Source: an uncultured Actinomycetes bacterium (GTDB lineage: Bacteria > Chloroflexota > Dormibacteria > Aeolococcales > Aeolococcaceae). From it: a DNA stretch of 64,000 nt. This document shows, piece after piece, positions 47,775 to 57,691 of the stretch. The stretch covers positions 13,915 to 77,914 of the forward strand of contig CAZUDL010000002.1 in NCBI GenBank assembly GCA_964618935.1. Reading direction: 5' to 3'. Numbering within the stretch: position 1 is the first letter of the stretch; every line of letters begins with the position of its first letter. Under the pieces are notes generated by a model. The model was given only the letters and a program-made list of their open reading frames with translations. It had not been told where the DNA came from and ran no database searches. The translations under genes and the position numbers were made by a program.

Positions 47775-50700
47775 GTGCCTGACATCCCCGCGATCCTTCC
47801 GGCAACCCCCTCCCGGGCGCGCGGCCGGCGCGTCCTCCTCAGCATCTTCAGCCTGGGCCTCGCCGTCGCCCCGCTCGTCGTCTCGATCGACGCCCCGACG
47901 CGGGTCGGGGCGTCGGGCCTCCCGAACATCGGGCTGGCGGAGAGCGCGCCGCAGACCGTCCTCTACGGCACGACCGCGTCCGTGTCGCTGACGGCCAGCA
48001 ATCCGGGGGGCGGGAGCTGGGGGTACAACCTCAGCTACGAGGACGTTCTCCCCCCTGGGGTCAGCTACGTCGAGGGGTCCACGACCCCGTCCTCCGTCGG
48101 CGATCCTCAGGTGCTGACCAACGAGCCGGGGACCCACCAGACCACCCTGATCTGGAGCAACGTCTCCGACCTCTCCCCCGGCTCCAGCAACCAGCTCGGT
48201 TTCACCCTGACGGCGGCGACGGACCAGGATCCCGTCCCGAACTTCCTGCCCAACGACAGCTACACGGACAGCGCCTCCGCCTACGTCAACACGGACCCGC
48301 GCGAGGTGCCTCAGTTCAGCGCCACGGGGACGGCGAGCAACGACACCGGCTGGGCGGCGAGCAGCGCCACCACCACGCTGTCACCCCTGGCCATCACACA
48401 GACGCCCGCCGGCGACCAGCTCCGAGGTGTCCACGACCACCAGTTCGTCTCCACCATCACGGTGACGAACAACTCTGTCCACGCCACCGACGGCATCACC
48501 GTGGACGACTGGCTGCCGGCGGGGATCGAGTACCTGCTCTGCGGGCAGACCGACAACACCACCGACGCCCCCACCAACCTCGGCAGCCGGGACGAGTACC
48601 CCGGCAGTCCCCTCATCCTCGGCCAGCTCTCATCGCCCGCCAACTGCGTGACGCCGACGACGGTGGCCACGGTCAGCGCCGACCCGGACGGCGCGGGCCC
48701 GCTGCCCACCGCCGTCTACACCCATGTCGAGTGGCTCGACGTGGCCAGCCTGGCGCCCTCGGCGACCGAGGTCATCGAGTTCGTCGCCGCCATCCCCATC
48801 CGGGAGAACACCCTGACCTGGTCGTCGGGGTCGGCACCGGCCGGCCTGGGCCAGGCCGCCGACCTCGACAACAACAGCGGGGCTGAGACGACCAACGGAG
48901 AGGCTCTGACCGCCTACGCCACCGCCAGCGGCGTCTACCAGGGAAGCCTCGGCAGCGGGTCCAACCCGGTCAAGGCCACGGGATACGACGACATCGTCGC
49001 CCGCGACCTGGTCACCAGCAAGACGGTCTCGGACGGCACCTTCACCCAGGGCCAGGACGTCAACTACACCATCACGGTGAGCACCTCCGAGTACCGCTAC
49101 TCGGACCAGACCACGGTGACCGACACGCTCCCCAGTGGGCTCTGCCCGCTGGGCGACGCCAACTACGACGCCCACTCCGCCCTCGAATGCGACCCGACGG
49201 GTGCCGAACCCGACCCCGCCTACAACTCCGTGGTGGAGAACACCGACGGCACCTTCACCCTGGTCTGGGATCTCGGGCACATCGCGCCGTCGACGACGGA
49301 CACGATCACCTTCCCCGCCGCCGACCGCATCTCCTACCAGGCGCACGACGTGGACACCACGCCGACCGTCGGCAACGACACCCTCACCAACACGGAGACG
49401 GTGGTGGGCAACCTGTCCGTGCGCTGCGGCGAGGGCGATCCCAACTGCACCGGCGCGGGGACGCCCATCTCCCACGACGGCCCGCTCACGGTGGACGGGG
49501 TCACCGCCACCGCCACCGCGTCCCAGGCGGCGGCCGGGCCCACCCTCACCGTGTACGTGTCGCAGAACGTCCCCGCCGGTGATCCCATGGACTGCTCGAC
49601 GGCGACGTACCTGGACGCCGCGTCATCCGGCTACCCGCCCACCTACCAGAAGGGCGATCGCGTCTGCTTCCAGATCGACGTCAGCTACCCACCGGGCACC
49701 GACTTCAAGAATCCCACGGTCACCGACTTCATCCCGCCCAACACCACCTACGAATCCGGATCGGCGACGCTGACCAACAACAGCACGGCCAGCAACGTCG
49801 GGTTCGCCCTGACGTCATCGGCGCAACTCACCTGGACGATGGGCAGCCCGCTGCCATCCCCCGACGGCAACCTCTACGAGGATCCGGCGACCCTGTTCGA
49901 GGTGCAGTTCTCCGTCATCGCCAGCGCGGACCCCACCGTCGGCAACACCTTCGATCTCACCCAGGACCTGGCCAAGCTGGTCACCTCGAACACGCAGGGC
50001 ACGACGTTCACCGCCCGCGACCTGGTCACCTACCAGCTGGCGGCGCCGGTCGTGACGCTCACCAAGGCGGTGTCGACGATCAACACCCTGACCGCCCCCC
50101 AGCCGAAGAACGACACGGTGAGGGGTGCCGACGACATCGGCTACACCCTGACGGTCGAGGACACCGGCGTCGTCGACGCCTACGACGTCGAGGTGTGGGA
50201 CGTCCTCCCCGCCCAGGAGAACTGCACCGAGGTCAGCGCCATCGTTCCCCTGTCGGGGAGCTGCGCGTCGGGGGTCATCGAGTGGCCGCCGTCGGCCGTC
50301 CCCGACCTGGCGCCGGACGCGACGGCCCAGCTCACCTTCACCATGGAGGTCCGCCCCGACGCGGGCGCCGGCGAGACGTTCGCCAACGATGCCGGGGTGC
50401 GGAGCTTCGTGGGCGTGCACAACGACTCGGGGCAGCCCGACAACCTCTACTACCCGCAGAGCAACATCGATCCGACCGTGACCTCGGGCGAGGAGAACAC
50501 GTCGCCCGCGAATGACAGCGCCGACGTCATCACCGCCGGGGCCACGGTGACCAAGACCGAGGTGAGCTCGATCACGACGCCCGGGAACACCAATGCCGAC
50601 GCCACCATCGGCGAGACGATCGCCTACACCGTCGACGTGATCGTGCCCCACAACACGACGTTCTACACGGCGTCGCTGGCCGACCCCCTGGGCACGCAGC

Positions 50701-53700
50701 AGACGTATGTCGCCGGGAGCGGCGTGGTGACGCTGCCCGACCTCACCACGTTTGACGAGGGATCCTCGGCGGAGGGCTTCACGTACGCCTACACCGCTGG
50801 GACCAACACCGTCAGCCTGACCTTCCCCACGCCGTACGCGAACCTGACCTCCAGCGACGAGACCGTGTCGGTCGCGTTCAGCGTGCTGGTGGCGAACGTC
50901 GTCGGCAACGCCCGCAACGACGACATCACCAACACGGCCACGCTGACGGACCATTCCTCCGTCGGCACCCTGATCACGGCGGCCAACACGCCGCTCAAGA
51001 CGCTGGTGGTGGAGCCGGACGTCACCATCGCGAAGTCGGTGAACCCGACCAAGATCCAGCCGGGCGGGACCAGCACCTTCACCATCACCGTCACCAATCA
51101 CAATCTGGCCGGGGTGAGCAGCGCCTTCAACCTGATCGGGACGGACACGATCCCCGCCCAGCTCTTCTACGTCGCGGGGAGCCTGGCCACGTCGGGCCCG
51201 GGGATTGGCGTGACCGCGAGCGAATCGGGCGGCGTGATCACCTGGAGCATCGCCGAGCTCGACCCGGGCCCGGCCGAGACGGTCACCTACAAGGTGAACC
51301 CCGACCTGCCCGCGAACCTGACCAGCGGCCAGACCTTCATCAACACGGCGACGCTGACGTCGTGGCAGGGGGTGAACGGCGGGGGGACCGGAACCAGGCC
51401 GTACGGCCCCGCGTCGGCCAGCGCCACGCTGACCGCCGAGTTCCCCACCCTGGTGACGACCAAGAGCATGCCCGACGGCAGCGCCGCCTTCGCCGGTGAG
51501 CCGTTCACCTGGCAGGTCGTCGTCAAGAACAACACCAGCGTGGCGGTCGCCGACACGCTGGCCGTGACCGACACGCTCCCCGCCGACTGGTCGTACGACC
51601 CGGGCAGCACGACGATCACCTTCCCCTCGGGGCCACCGTCGACCGCCGACCCCACGATCACCCCCCAGGCGGGTGGTGACATCCTGAGCTGGTCGGGGCT
51701 GGGGACGCTGCAGCCGGGGCAGACGCTCACCGTCGTCTACCAGGCCACACCGTCGATGGCGCTGCAGACGCCTGCCACGACCGGACCGAGCTATCCGTAC
51801 CCCAACTCTGCCTCGGCCTCGGCGACGGACAACACCGGGGCTTCACAGAACAAGACCGGGCCCTACGTGAGCAACACCTCGACCGTCGATGCGTACATCG
51901 GGCGCGCCGATCTGCAAATCGTCAAGAGCCACAGCGGTGACTTCAGCGCCGGGGCCGACGGGACCTACACGCTCACGGTCACCAACAACGGACCGTCCAC
52001 CGCCGGTGCGCCGATCACGGTGACCGACCCGATGGTCTCGCCGGAGAGCTTCGTGTCGGCCGGGGGCAGCAACGCGCTGAGCACCTGGAGCTGCGGTCTC
52101 AGCGGCTCCACGGTCACCTGCACCCTGGACGCCCTCGCCGGTGGCGCCACCACCCTGGCCAGCGGCGTCACCGCCCCTGCCATCAGCCTGGTGGTGAAAA
52201 CACCGTCGAGCACCCCCGACGGCACCCCCGTCACCAACACGGCGTCGGTGTCGTCGCCGACCTACGACGCGATCCCCGGCAACAACACCTCGAGCGATCC
52301 CACGGTCATCGACGCCAACGCCGACCTGGCGGTCACCAAGAGCCACAGCGGGAGCTTCATGGCCGGGGGCCAGGGCACCTACACGGTGTCGATCGAGAAC
52401 CTCGGGCCGTCCGACGCCGTGGGGCCGCTGACGGTGACCGACACTCTGCCGAGTGGCGAGTCGCTGGTCTCCGCCACGGGGACGGGCTGGAGCTGCGGTG
52501 CGGCCTCCGGCGGGATCTTCACCTGCCAGACCGCGTCGGGCCTCGTCAGCGGCGCCTTCGCGCAGCCGATCGGCGTGGTCGTCGACGTGGCCGCATCTCA
52601 GCTGCCGGGGACGATCACGAACTCCGCGTCGGTGAGCTCCCCCACGAACGACCCGGTGTCCACCAACAACACGTCGAACGACCCGACGACCATCGTCACC
52701 TCCGCTGACCTCGCCCTCACCAAGGTGCATTCCGGCCCCTTCCTCGCGGGCAGCGACGGGACCTACGACTTCACGGTCACCAACGACGAGGGGCCCTCGG
52801 ACGCCGCCGGACCGCTGACGGTGACCGACGTGCTCCCCAGCGGCGAGAGCTTCTCGAGCGGCGGTGGCGACGGCTCCGGCTGGACCTGCTCGGCGTCGGC
52901 GGGGACGGTGACCTGCACCGACCCGACCACCCTCGACGTGGGCGACAGCACCTCCTTCAGCATGACCGTGGCCATCGCCTCCGGCGTGACCGTCGCGACG
53001 CTGACCAACACCGCCACCGTCGGCTCCCCCACCAACGACCCGTTCCCCGACAACAACACCAGCACCGATAATGCGGGGACGACCCAGTCGGCCGATCTGC
53101 AACTGGTCAAGACCCTGACCAGCCCGCTGATCGCCGGGCAGAGCGCCACCTACTCCCTGGCGGTGAGCGACGCCGGCCCGTCGGACGCGGCTGGGCCCGT
53201 GATCGTGGTGGACACCCTCCCGGCCGGTGAGACGTACTCCGGCTACAGCGGAACCGGCTGGAGCTGCGAGAACGCGTCGGGCACGGTCACCTGCACCCAC
53301 AGCGCGTTCATCGTCGCCCTTGCCCCGGCGAGCGTCATCACCCTGACGATCGAGCTGGCCAGCGACGTGCTGCCCACCTCGATCAGCAACACCGCGACGG
53401 TGAGCTCCACGACGCCCGACCCGGATGCCGGCAACAACACCAGCACGGCGACCGATTCGTCCACCACCAGCGCCGACCTCGGAATCGTGAAGACGGACGA
53501 CGGCCCGTTCACGGCGGGTGGAGTTGGGGAGTACTTCATCGCGGTCGGCAACACCGGGCCGTCCGACGCTCAGGGCCCGATCGTCGTCACCGACACGCTG
53601 CCGTCCGGCGAGACCTACTCCGGCGCCGCCGGGAGCGGCTGGTCGTGCTCGGCCAGCGGGCAGGTGGTCACCTGCAGCGATGACACCGCCCTGACGGCGG

Positions 53701-55505
53701 ACACCTCGGAGAACACCCTGACCCTGACCGTCGCCATCTCGCCGTCGCTGACGTCGGACAGCGTCACTAACGACGCCGGTGTCTCCAGCCCCACCTCCGA
53801 CCCGAACTCCGCGGACAACACATCCCAGGACACCACCACGGTGGACACCTCCGCGGACCTGAGCATCGTGAAGGCGCACACCGGGGACTTCACCGCTGGA
53901 AGCGACGGGACGTACACGCTGACCGTCACCAACCACGGTCCCTCGGACGCGGCGCTGCCGCTCGTGGTCACGGACCCGGTTCCCTCGCCCTTCATCCTGC
54001 AGTCGGCCGGCGGCGGAAGCGGCTGGTCCTGCAGCGTGGTGTCGAACACCGCGACCTGCGACCTCGTCGCGCCCCTCCCCGCGGGAGGCACGGCACCGGT
54101 CATCTCCATCGTGGTGAGCGTACCGTCGTCGCAGACGGCCACCACCATCGTCAACACCGCCTCGGTCGAGTCGGTGACCCCCGACCCCAACCAGGACGAC
54201 AACAGCGCCAGCGACTCCACGGGGGTCACGACCAGCGCTGATCTCTGGGTGACCAAGGTCCATCAGGCGACGTTCACCGCCGGGAGCGACGGCATCTACC
54301 TGCTGACGGTGGGGGACAACGGTCCCTCCGACGCTGCGGGGCCGGTGACGGTGTCCGACACCCTCCCCTCAGCCGAGACCTATGTCTCCGGGATGGGTGC
54401 GGACTGGTCGTGCTCAGCCGCCCTGCAGGTCGTGACATGCACCGACGCGGACGGTCTGGTGAGCGGTGCCTCGGCGCCGGCGATCACCCTCGAGGTGGGG
54501 ATCGCATCCGGGGCCAGCGGCACGGTCAGCAACACGGCGACCGTGTCGTCGCCGACCGCCGACCCCGACTCCGAGAACAACAGCGCGACGGATGTGGCAC
54601 CGCTCTCGCTCAGCTCCGACCTGTCGATCACCAAGACGCACGGCGGCGACTTCACCGCGGGACTGGACGGGACCTACACCATCGGCGTTCACAACGCGGG
54701 ACCCTCGGACTCCGGGACCGGGGTCGTGGTGAGCGACACGCTGCCCGCCGGTGAGCGCATCGTCAGCGCCGGCGGGACAGGGTGGGCCTGCGGCGCCAGC
54801 GCCTCCACCGTCACCTGCACCCTGTCCACGCCCATCGTGGTGGCCGAGGACGCCCCCACCCTCACCCTGACCGTGGCCGTCGCCTCGGGGGCGGTGGGCA
54901 CCCTCACCAACGTCGCCGTCGCCCAGGGGCCTGAGACCGACCCCGTCCTGTCCAACAACACCGCCAGCGATCCCACCACCAGCGACCGGGTGTTCGACCT
55001 GTCGCTGACCAAGACGCTGACGACCGTCCTCTCGAGCGGGGGGTCGGCCTCCTATGAACTCGCCGTCACCAACAACGGGCCGTCGGACTCGCCGGCGCCG
55101 GTGACAGTGACCGACCCGCTCCCCGCCGGCCTGACCTACCAGTCCAGCACGACGGGAACCGGCGCCGGGTGGAGCTGCTCCGCCGCGGGGCAGGCCGTGA
55201 CGTGCATCGACAGCCTGGCCATCGTCGCATCGACGACGTCGAGCTTCGGGATCACCGTGGGCGTGAACGCCCCGATCGGCACCTCGATCACCAACATCGC
55301 CACGGTGGCGGCGGTGGGGGATGTGGACGCCGCCGACGAGATCGGCACCGCGGACGGAACCGTCGCCGCGCCCGCTCCCACGCCGGACACGGGAGCTCCG
55401 GCCGGCCGGCCGCTCCCGCTCACCGGCGGGCTGCTCCTCCTCGGCGCGGGCCTGGCCCTGGTGCTGGCGACCTGGCGGCGCCGGCGGCGGGGAGTGGGGG
55501 CGTAG
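47775..55505 (+). CDS. giant LPXTG-anchored surface protein with tandem DUF11 (conserved repeat domain) repeats (2576 aa)
   Basis: Signal peptide. At least 15 DUF11-like modules ('T..V.N.GPSDA.GP..VTDTLP.GE......G.GWSC......VTC'). C-terminal 'LPLTGG' followed by a hydrophobic stretch and 'RRRRRG' tail (sortase signal). Confidence 0.85.
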   Translation: MPDIPAILPATPSRARGRRVLLSIFSLGLAVAPLVVSIDAPTRVGASGLPNIGLAESAPQTVLYGTTASVSLTASNPGGGSWGYNLSYEDVLPPGVSYVEGSTTPSSVGDPQVLTNEPGTHQTTLIWSNVSDLSPGSSNQLGFTLTAATDQDPVPNFLPNDSYTDSASAYVNTDPREVPQFSATGTASNDTGWAASSATTTLSPLAITQTPAGDQLRGVHDHQFVSTITVTNNSVHATDGITVDDWLPAGIEYLLCGQTDNTTDAPTNLGSRDEYPGSPLILGQLSSPANCVTPTTVATVSADPDGAGPLPTAVYTHVEWLDVASLAPSATEVIEFVAAIPIRENTLTWSSGSAPAGLGQAADLDNNSGAETTNGEALTAYATASGVYQGSLGSGSNPVKATGYDDIVARDLVTSKTVSDGTFTQGQDVNYTITVSTSEYRYSDQTTVTDTLPSGLCPLGDANYDAHSALECDPTGAEPDPAYNSVVENTDGTFTLVWDLGHIAPSTTDTITFPAADRISYQAHDVDTTPTVGNDTLTNTETVVGNLSVRCGEGDPNCTGAGTPISHDGPLTVDGVTATATASQAAAGPTLTVYVSQNVPAGDPMDCSTATYLDAASSGYPPTYQKGDRVCFQIDVSYPPGTDFKNPTVTDFIPPNTTYESGSATLTNNSTASNVGFALTSSAQLTWTMGSPLPSPDGNLYEDPATLFEVQFSVIASADPTVGNTFDLTQDLAKLVTSNTQGTTFTARDLVTYQLAAPVVTLTKAVSTINTLTAPQPKNDTVRGADDIGYTLTVEDTGVVDAYDVEVWDVLPAQENCTEVSAIVPLSGSCASGVIEWPPSAVPDLAPDATAQLTFTMEVRPDAGAGETFANDAGVRSFVGVHNDSGQPDNLYYPQSNIDPTVTSGEENTSPANDSADVITAGATVTKTEVSSITTPGNTNADATIGETIAYTVDVIVPHNTTFYTASLADPLGTQQTYVAGSGVVTLPDLTTFDEGSSAEGFTYAYTAGTNTVSLTFPTPYANLTSSDETVSVAFSVLVANVVGNARNDDITNTATLTDHSSVGTLITAANTPLKTLVVEPDVTIAKSVNPTKIQPGGTSTFTITVTNHNLAGVSSAFNLIGTDTIPAQLFYVAGSLATSGPGIGVTASESGGVITWSIAELDPGPAETVTYKVNPDLPANLTSGQTFINTATLTSWQGVNGGGTGTRPYGPASASATLTAEFPTLVTTKSMPDGSAAFAGEPFTWQVVVKNNTSVAVADTLAVTDTLPADWSYDPGSTTITFPSGPPSTADPTITPQAGGDILSWSGLGTLQPGQTLTVVYQATPSMALQTPATTGPSYPYPNSASASATDNTGASQNKTGPYVSNTSTVDAYIGRADLQIVKSHSGDFSAGADGTYTLTVTNNGPSTAGAPITVTDPMVSPESFVSAGGSNALSTWSCGLSGSTVTCTLDALAGGATTLASGVTAPAISLVVKTPSSTPDGTPVTNTASVSSPTYDAIPGNNTSSDPTVIDANADLAVTKSHSGSFMAGGQGTYTVSIENLGPSDAVGPLTVTDTLPSGESLVSATGTGWSCGAASGGIFTCQTASGLVSGAFAQPIGVVVDVAASQLPGTITNSASVSSPTNDPVSTNNTSNDPTTIVTSADLALTKVHSGPFLAGSDGTYDFTVTNDEGPSDAAGPLTVTDVLPSGESFSSGGGDGSGWTCSASAGTVTCTDPTTLDVGDSTSFSMTVAIASGVTVATLTNTATVGSPTNDPFPDNNTSTDNAGTTQSADLQLVKTLTSPLIAGQSATYSLAVSDAGPSDAAGPVIVVDTLPAGETYSGYSGTGWSCENASGTVTCTHSAFIVALAPASVITLTIELASDVLPTSISNTATVSSTTPDPDAGNNTSTATDSSTTSADLGIVKTDDGPFTAGGVGEYFIAVGNTGPSDAQGPIVVTDTLPSGETYSGAAGSGWSCSASGQVVTCSDDTALTADTSENTLTLTVAISPSLTSDSVTNDAGVSSPTSDPNSADNTSQDTTTVDTSADLSIVKAHTGDFTAGSDGTYTLTVTNHGPSDAALPLVVTDPVPSPFILQSAGGGSGWSCSVVSNTATCDLVAPLPAGGTAPVISIVVSVPSSQTATTIVNTASVESVTPDPNQDDNSASDSTGVTTSADLWVTKVHQATFTAGSDGIYLLTVGDNGPSDAAGPVTVSDTLPSAETYVSGMGADWSCSAALQVVTCTDADGLVSGASAPAITLEVGIASGASGTVSNTATVSSPTADPDSENNSATDVAPLSLSSDLSITKTHGGDFTAGLDGTYTIGVHNAGPSDSGTGVVVSDTLPAGERIVSAGGTGWACGASASTVTCTLSTPIVVAEDAPTLTLTVAVASGAVGTLTNVAVAQGPETDPVLSNNTASDPTTSDRVFDLSLTKTLTTVLSSGGSASYELAVTNNGPSDSPAPVTVTDPLPAGLTYQSSTTGTGAGWSCSAAGQAVTCIDSLAIVASTTSSFGITVGVNAPIGTSITNIATVAAVGDVDAADEIGTADGTVAAPAPTPDTGAPAGRPLPLTGGLLLLGAGLALVLATWRRRRRGVGA
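51906..55320 (+). repeat. tandem array of about 9 DUF11 coding repeats (375-415 bp period) within the adhesin gene
   Basis: Repeats each begin 'ADL.(I/V).K.H.G.F' (51906, 52320, 52705, 53090, 53470, 53855, 54240, 54610, 54995) and end 'N(N)TS.D.TT'. Confidence 0.75.
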
Positions 55506-55585
55506 GACCGCGGCGACGTCTATCTTCGGATGGCACGGCGCCATCGCGGCACGACGGTCGTTACACCCGTATCACCACAGGGCTG

Positions 55586-55661
55586 TGGTACCCGCTACAG
55601 GGGTCGAACCTGTGACCTTGGGATTAAGAGTCCCCTGCTCTACCAACTGAGCTAAGCGGGC
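55586..55661 (-). tRNA. tRNA-Lys (anticodon CUU), CCA encoded
   Basis: Manual fold. Acceptor GCCCGCT/AGCGGGT (7 bp). D-arm GCTC/GAGC. Anticodon loop CUCUUAA (U33, anticodon CUU, A37). T-arm ACAGG-TTCGACC-CCTGT. Discriminator A then CCA. Confidence 0.8.
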
Positions 55662-55730
55662 ACGATCGGGGCCGGGCCCGTGGGGCCGGCCGCAGACACG
55701 CCGCGATTCTACCCCGTCCCTGCCCGGGTC

Positions 55731-56522
55731 TCAGCCCTGGCCCTGCCCCACCTGGCCGCGGAACCGCTTCAGATTCAGCTCCACCAGAGAGCGCCTCTGC
55801 TGGCCCAGCCGCATCGTGAAGGGAGGGCCGGCGGTTTCCAGCCCGCGGAGCGGCGAGGTCGTCCGCGCCTCGATGGCCCGGCGGAGGTCGGCGGCCCCAC
55901 GTCCCGGGTAGACGCTGACCAGCCGCCCCAGGTCGTGGGCCCCGAAGTGGCTGTCCCCCGCAGCCACCAGGGCGCCGACCCGTTCCCGGTGAGCGGAGCA
56001 GAAGTCGTCGAGGCGCCTCCATGTCCCGGGGAGCACCGGCGCCGTGTGCCGGACCTCGATGCCGTCGATCGACCTCGTCTCCAGCAGCCGCCGCAGCCTC
56101 CGCTCGGTGATCGAGGCGAACCAGGTGGGCATGAAGGGGTGGGCCACCACGGCGAGACCACCCTCGTCGTGGATCGCGTCCACGGTGTCCTCGACGGACA
56201 GGTGCATCCTGATCGGCCGGCGGATGAAGAGCGCCACCACGTGGACTCCCGGCGGGAACGAGCAGGTCACCTCCTCCCCGGTCACCACGTCGACGCCCAG
56301 CCGGGCGCCGGCCTCGACGGCCTCCTCCATCGGCCCCACCGTGTCGTGATCGGTGATGCAGATCGCCGACAGGCCGATGTCGGCGGCGGCCCGCACCAGC
56401 TCCGCCGCGCTGACCATGCCGTCGCTGGCCGTCGTGTGGCTGTGGGTCTCGGCCGCGCCCAGGCCCTCGGGGAGGGAGAGGCGGCCGTCGGCCGGCGGGT
56501 CAGGCACCGGAGGTCTCCGCAA
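55731..56522 (-). CDS. PHP-domain metal-dependent phosphoesterase
   Basis: 'ETHSHTTASDG' and 'ICITDHDTV' PHP motifs. C-terminal 'GDSH'. Confidence 0.7.
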   Translation of the reverse strand: MRRPPVPDPPADGRLSLPEGLGAAETHSHTTASDGMVSAAELVRAAADIGLSAICITDHDTVGPMEEAVEAGARLGVDVVTGEEVTCSFPPGVHVVALFIRRPIRMHLSVEDTVDAIHDEGGLAVVAHPFMPTWFASITERRLRRLLETRSIDGIEVRHTAPVLPGTWRRLDDFCSAHRERVGALVAAGDSHFGAHDLGRLVSVYPGRGAADLRRAIEARTTSPLRGLETAGPPFTMRLGQQRRSLVELNLKRFRGQVGQGQG

Positions 56523-57528
56523 GGCGCGGGGCGGTGGCGAGGATTGGCCGCGCGCTCTGCAGGATGGTGGCGCGAGGGACCACGAACCGCATCATCGCCC
56601 ACCACGCGGCGGCGGCCAGGAGCACCCCGCCGATGACGTCGACGACGTAGTGCTCGCCGAGGAACACGACGCTGAAGAAGACGAGGAAGCTCCACCCCAG
56701 GGCGATCCAGGAGGCACGTGGGTAGACGCGGCGGAGTGCCAAGAAGCAGAGGAAGGGGAAGGCGGAGTGCAGTGACGGGAAGGCGGCGGTGGGGTTGGGG
56801 TTGAGCGTCTGGTAGAAGGGGCTCACCGCACTGGGCAGGGTGTTGCTGACCAGGTCCCGGACCCCGGGCAGGACACCGGCCTGATTCGCGTACCAGGGCG
56901 GCGCCGTCGGCACCAGCATGAAGAAGACGAACGCCACCAGGCACATTCCGAGCAGGGCGGTGGCGAAGCGCAGGTACTGGGTGCGGTCCCGCAGCCAGAG
57001 CACGAGGCCGACCAGCAGAGGCACCACGAAGTGGCAGAAGTACACCAGGGTGGCCATCACGGCCATGACGTGCAGGAGGTTGCCGCTGACCATGTGCTGC
57101 AGGACCTCGGACGGGTCGTGGCCGAAGAACAGCCACTTCTCGAGGTTGGCGAGGCTCGCCACCTGGGGTGTGATGCCGTCGTTGTGGACGATGCCCCGCA
57201 TCGCCTCGTAGCCAAGGAAGATGGCGACGAACGGCACCCAGTCGCGCAGGAAGCCGAAGAAGTGGCCGCTGAGCAGCGCCACGGGGACGAAGATCGCCAG
57301 CAGGTAGTCGGGCGAGACGGAGATCCCGCGCCAGATCATGATTCCGGAGAGGATCAGCACATAGACGAGGCTGATGATGACCATGGGGCCCGGCCGCCGG
57401 ATGTCGGCGAGCAGGCCCGAGCCCGGGCGTGCCGGCGCGGGAGCCGGCGTGACCGCCGCGTCCGGCCCGCTGGCCGGGCTCCCGGTGTCCCCCTGCGGCT
57501 CTCCCACCGTGGTCAACTCGGGAGCCAT
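56500..57528 (-). CDS. PAP2-superfamily integral membrane protein (IPC-synthase/phosphatase-like)
   Basis: Eight predicted transmembrane helices. 'PSLHSAF' and 'GEHYVVDVIGGV' PAP2 C2/C3 motifs. ATG at 57528; the upstream part of the six-frame ORF was excluded. Confidence 0.65.
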   Translation of the reverse strand: MAPELTTVGEPQGDTGSPASGPDAAVTPAPAPARPGSGLLADIRRPGPMVIISLVYVLILSGIMIWRGISVSPDYLLAIFVPVALLSGHFFGFLRDWVPFVAIFLGYEAMRGIVHNDGITPQVASLANLEKWLFFGHDPSEVLQHMVSGNLLHVMAVMATLVYFCHFVVPLLVGLVLWLRDRTQYLRFATALLGMCLVAFVFFMLVPTAPPWYANQAGVLPGVRDLVSNTLPSAVSPFYQTLNPNPTAAFPSLHSAFPFLCFLALRRVYPRASWIALGWSFLVFFSVVFLGEHYVVDVIGGVLLAAAAWWAMMRFVVPRATILQSARPILATAPRLAETSGA

Positions 57529-57691
57529 GGCGGGCAGTCTACCCATCCGGACCGGGCCCGCCGCAGCAAACCGGCGACGCTGAGAGCTCGATGAGAAAGC
57601 CGCCGTGGCGCGGGATGTCCGTCGAAGGCCCCATATACTCGGGGGAGACGCAGAACGGCGCCCCCTCCGGTGCGCCGCCGGGAGTGCTCCC

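Noticed and set aside
51843-54263. 806-aa minus-strand ORF (and several others) antisense to the DUF11 adhesin
   Set aside because: Gly/Arg/Val-rich artefact of a GC-rich repetitive coding region. No independent motifs.
47775-55505. Regular repeats flagged as a possible CRISPR-like array
   Set aside because: The repeats are 375-415 bp, in frame, and encode DUF11 protein modules. There are no short direct repeats with unique spacers anywhere in the window.
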